In this document: positions 61,301 to 64,000 of the stretch, one piece after another | Layout of the letters: every line of letters begins with the position of its first letter | Position numbering within the stretch: position 1 is the first letter of the stretch | DNA from: Gonapodya sp. JEL0774 | Lineage: Eukaryota | Assembly (NCBI GenBank): GCA_027604505.1 | Contig: JADIIX010000009.1 | Span: 1-64,000, forward strand | Length of the DNA: 64,000 nt | Reading direction: 5' to 3' | Made by a program: the position numbers and the translations under genes | Notes under the pieces: model-generated | Told to the model about the DNA's origin: nothing | The model's input: the letters and a program-made list of their open reading frames with translations, nothing else | Databases searched by the model: none

Positions 61301-64000
61301 GCTGGAGCGGACGTTTGAAGATTCCCAGTCTGTCATTGTCCAACTTCGTGAGGAACTCAGGGACGCCAAGGCTCAGTACAACACTTGTGAGTCGCTCTTG
61401 GAGGTTCACCGTGCGAATGCGCAGGAGGAGATAAATGGCTTGAGGGCGCAAATCGACAGTGCAGTTGCCGAGCATTCGAATTGCGACACTTTCAAGAAGG
61501 ACATCGAGAGTATAATTGCTAGCAACCACGAGGAGATTTCCGCTCTTCGACACAACCTGGAAGAAGCGGCAGTTAAAGATTTGAGCGCAGAGAGGACTCG
61601 CGCAGAACTAGCTCGGGTGCAGTCGGAGCTTGATGCTGTCACACAATCACATTCTCGATGCACTGAACAACTTGAAACGAGTTCTACAGCGCTAGAGGAC
61701 ACTAGGATTGAGTTGGCGCAGAACATCAAGGAGCTGAATGCACTGCACAAGGCGCACTCTGGATGTGAAGGTCACCAGCAGAGGTTGGAACAGGAGCTTG
61801 GTGCTGCTGTCCTTTCAGTTGCGGAATTGGGAAAGCAGGTGGAAATTGCGGGGAAGGTAGAAGTGGAACTGGAAGCTGCCGTTCTCAAAATTGAGGAGTT
61901 ACAAAGGCAGCTTCGGGAACACCTGGACGTGGCCGGAAAAATAGAGGACGAGAAGAGCATTGCCCTTTTCACGATTGCAGAATTGCGTGAGAAGTTGAAC
62001 GTTGCTGGCAAGGTGGAGGACGAACTTCGCGCTGCGGTTTCGACAATTGCAGATTTGCGTGAGAAAGTCGAGTTTGCGGGCATGTTAGAGGAGGAGTTGG
62101 CAAAATCAAAGGAGGAAATTTCTCGACTGGTCGAAGAACTTCGCGATCTAGCAACCTTGCAATCGAACTGGGAGCGTGAGGGTCAGGCTGCGGTCGCGGA
62201 GGTTCGGGATCTAAAATCTCAATTGCAACAGGCTCAGGAAGATCTCAAGGAATCGGTGGATCATCATTCTGGCTGCGCTGCGACGCGAATGATATTAGAG
62301 GAATCTCTTGAAAGAAACAATGGTGAAATTGCAGACCTTCAAAAGATATTGTCAAGAGTAGGCGATGCAGAGAATGAGCTCCGGGTCAGCAAATCTGAAG
62401 TTGCGAGTCTCAGCGAACAACTGCAACTTGCCACAGGTGCGCATTTGATGTGCCATGACATCATCGAAAAGGCAGAAAGCAATGTCAGCGCGATTCGAAT
62501 GGAGCTGCAACAGATTCAAAACGAACTTCGCCAATCTGAAGAAAAGAATTCTCGATGCGAGACCACGAAGGCGGAACTTCAGAAGGCGCTGTTGGATGGT
62601 CAGCGGGAACTTGATCGAAGTGCACAAGAGCTTCAGCAGGCGCGAGAGAGTCTCCGCGAGGCGTTGGAAGATCACTCGGGATGCCAGAGCACCATACGGG
62701 ATCTAGAGACGGAGATACACAAAATTGAAATGCAGAACAATACTTTACGAACGGAAGTTGAAAGAATGTCTGATTATGAAACCCAGCTGCACATGGTGAA
62801 GAAGGAATTATCAAATGCGGCGAGCGCTCACTCCGACTCGCAGCAGGAAAGGGAAATACGAATCGCCGAACTCCAACGTGCATGGGCGAGTGCTCAGGAG
62901 GATTTGCAAGTGGCAATTGAGAACCATTCAGGATGCAACGGCATCATATTGGAAATGGAGTCCGCCCTTGAGGCAAACAAAGCTAATGCTGAACGCCTCC
63001 GCTTTCAGCTTGACGCTACCAAGAGGGAGTTAGAATCTGTGCGCGTCGATTTCGCAGCTAAACTTGATGGCAACAATACGACCAACCGTCCTCGTCACGA
63101 GCAACATACTCCATCTACTTCGAAATATCACCACGCATCTGCTTCGACATATGAACATCAGCCGAGGTCAAGTCCGACCGGGACAAAACGGAAATCCCCA
63201 GACGCTCCCGACTTGCCGCACACGGTTGGTTCTCGTGGGCATTTAGGAGCTCGCGCTGACACCGCGGAAGCTGCAGGTGTCAGCACCCGAGGCCGACTGT
63301 CCAGTTCTCGGAGTTCCCAGTCGGGTCAACCAGAAGATGTCGACAATCTCCAAGGATCACAGCGCAAACTCCGAAAACTTGCAACAAAGCCGCAAGTATC
63401 TGATCCTAAACTAGCCGCGGGAACGAGTACAGCGAGCGAGCAATCCTCTCAAGGTGAGCACAGTATATCGGCTACAATTGTCATGGTTATTTCCTGACGT
63501 CCATCACTTCAGCACAATCAACACAACAGCATGTTATTTCCCTGTCAGGGTTTAAGGATGGTGGTGGTGAATGGAACACAAATCTGAAAGCGCGATTGTT
63601 GAAATGCATCCGGGAACTAGGGGCGAGAGTGTCTACTTCTGACGACTACGATCCTCAAGTAACACACATAGTCGGTGAGTTCTGTTTGGGTGTGTATAAA
63701 TATCCTTGCGCTTACAATGCACAACGCCTTGATCTTTTTAAGCGCCCCCAGGAACAAAGACCTTGAAAACCTTCGCTGGTAGGTGTGCAATCTTGTTGGG
63801 GTCTTAAGAGGAAACCGTTTTACCAGTATCTACAATTAGGGCTTCTAACCCAAAAATGGATAATGCATGACTTCAATTGGATATTGGAGTCAGCGAAGAA
63901 GTATGTGGCCCTACTCCGGTTTGAAGTGACAAGCTACAAGTAATATTCTCACATCAAACAGGGGCAAATGGCTTGATGAGAGCGGTTTCAAAGCAAGCCG
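58356..64000 (+). CDS. very long coiled-coil protein with HxxC repeats and C-terminal BRCT domain; 3' end outside window
   Basis: Multi-exon, with a 958-aa E/L/A-rich heptad ORF at 60621-63497. Exons from 63513 splice to MLFSLSGFKD...ELGARVSTSDDYDPQVTHIVAPPGTKTLKTFAGLLTQKWIMHDFNWILESAKKGKWLDESGF (BRCT). Confidence 0.8.

Noticed and set aside
63700..63707. ATATCCTT resembling a U12 5' splice site
   Set aside because: It lies inside a canonical GT-AG intron that already yields an in-frame BRCT.
17706..64000. Apparent cell-cycle/replication cluster (RRD2, APC2, SDS22, CSM3, ORC1, NAP, BRCT protein)
   Set aside because: These genes are interspersed with unrelated ones and no shared motif is seen. 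Chance adjacency of housekeeping genes is sufficient without synteny data.

Overview
Gene-dense, intron-rich eukaryotic DNA, most likely from an early-diverging (chytrid-like) fungus. This is inferred from a fungal-type transcription-factor domain occurring alongside DDX21-, FAM72- and RNF220-like genes that budding yeast lacks. The left ~12 kb is an accessory island: decayed ORFs in a strongly CpG-depleted domain, plus a full-length, young but disabled Ty1/copia LTR retrotransposon (3229-8135, minus strand, TSD GGCTG). The rest is a compact run of spliced genes, mostly housekeeping: FG-nucleoporin, DDX21, a mitochondrial carrier, RRD2/PTPA, APC2, RPL25, SDS22, ZIM17, FAM72, SYO1, a fungal TF, a putative-sensor membrane protein, an ABCG transporter, CSM3, RGP1, ORC1, RNF220-like, a NAP/SET chaperone, and a very long coiled-coil BRCT protein running off the right end. 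Four observations stand out. (1) A Nup1/Nup153-type FG nucleoporin has a predicted N-terminal transmembrane anchor, a POM121-like architecture. (2) A coiled coil is studded with HxxC motifs, partly on a 35-residue period, and ends in a phosphopeptide-type BRCT domain. (3) The copia primer-binding site looks like the complement of a non-Met tRNA anticodon arm. (4) CpG loss forms a gradient that runs into the host nucleoporin gene. All gene models were spliced by eye and all family calls rest on motif recognition, not database searches.
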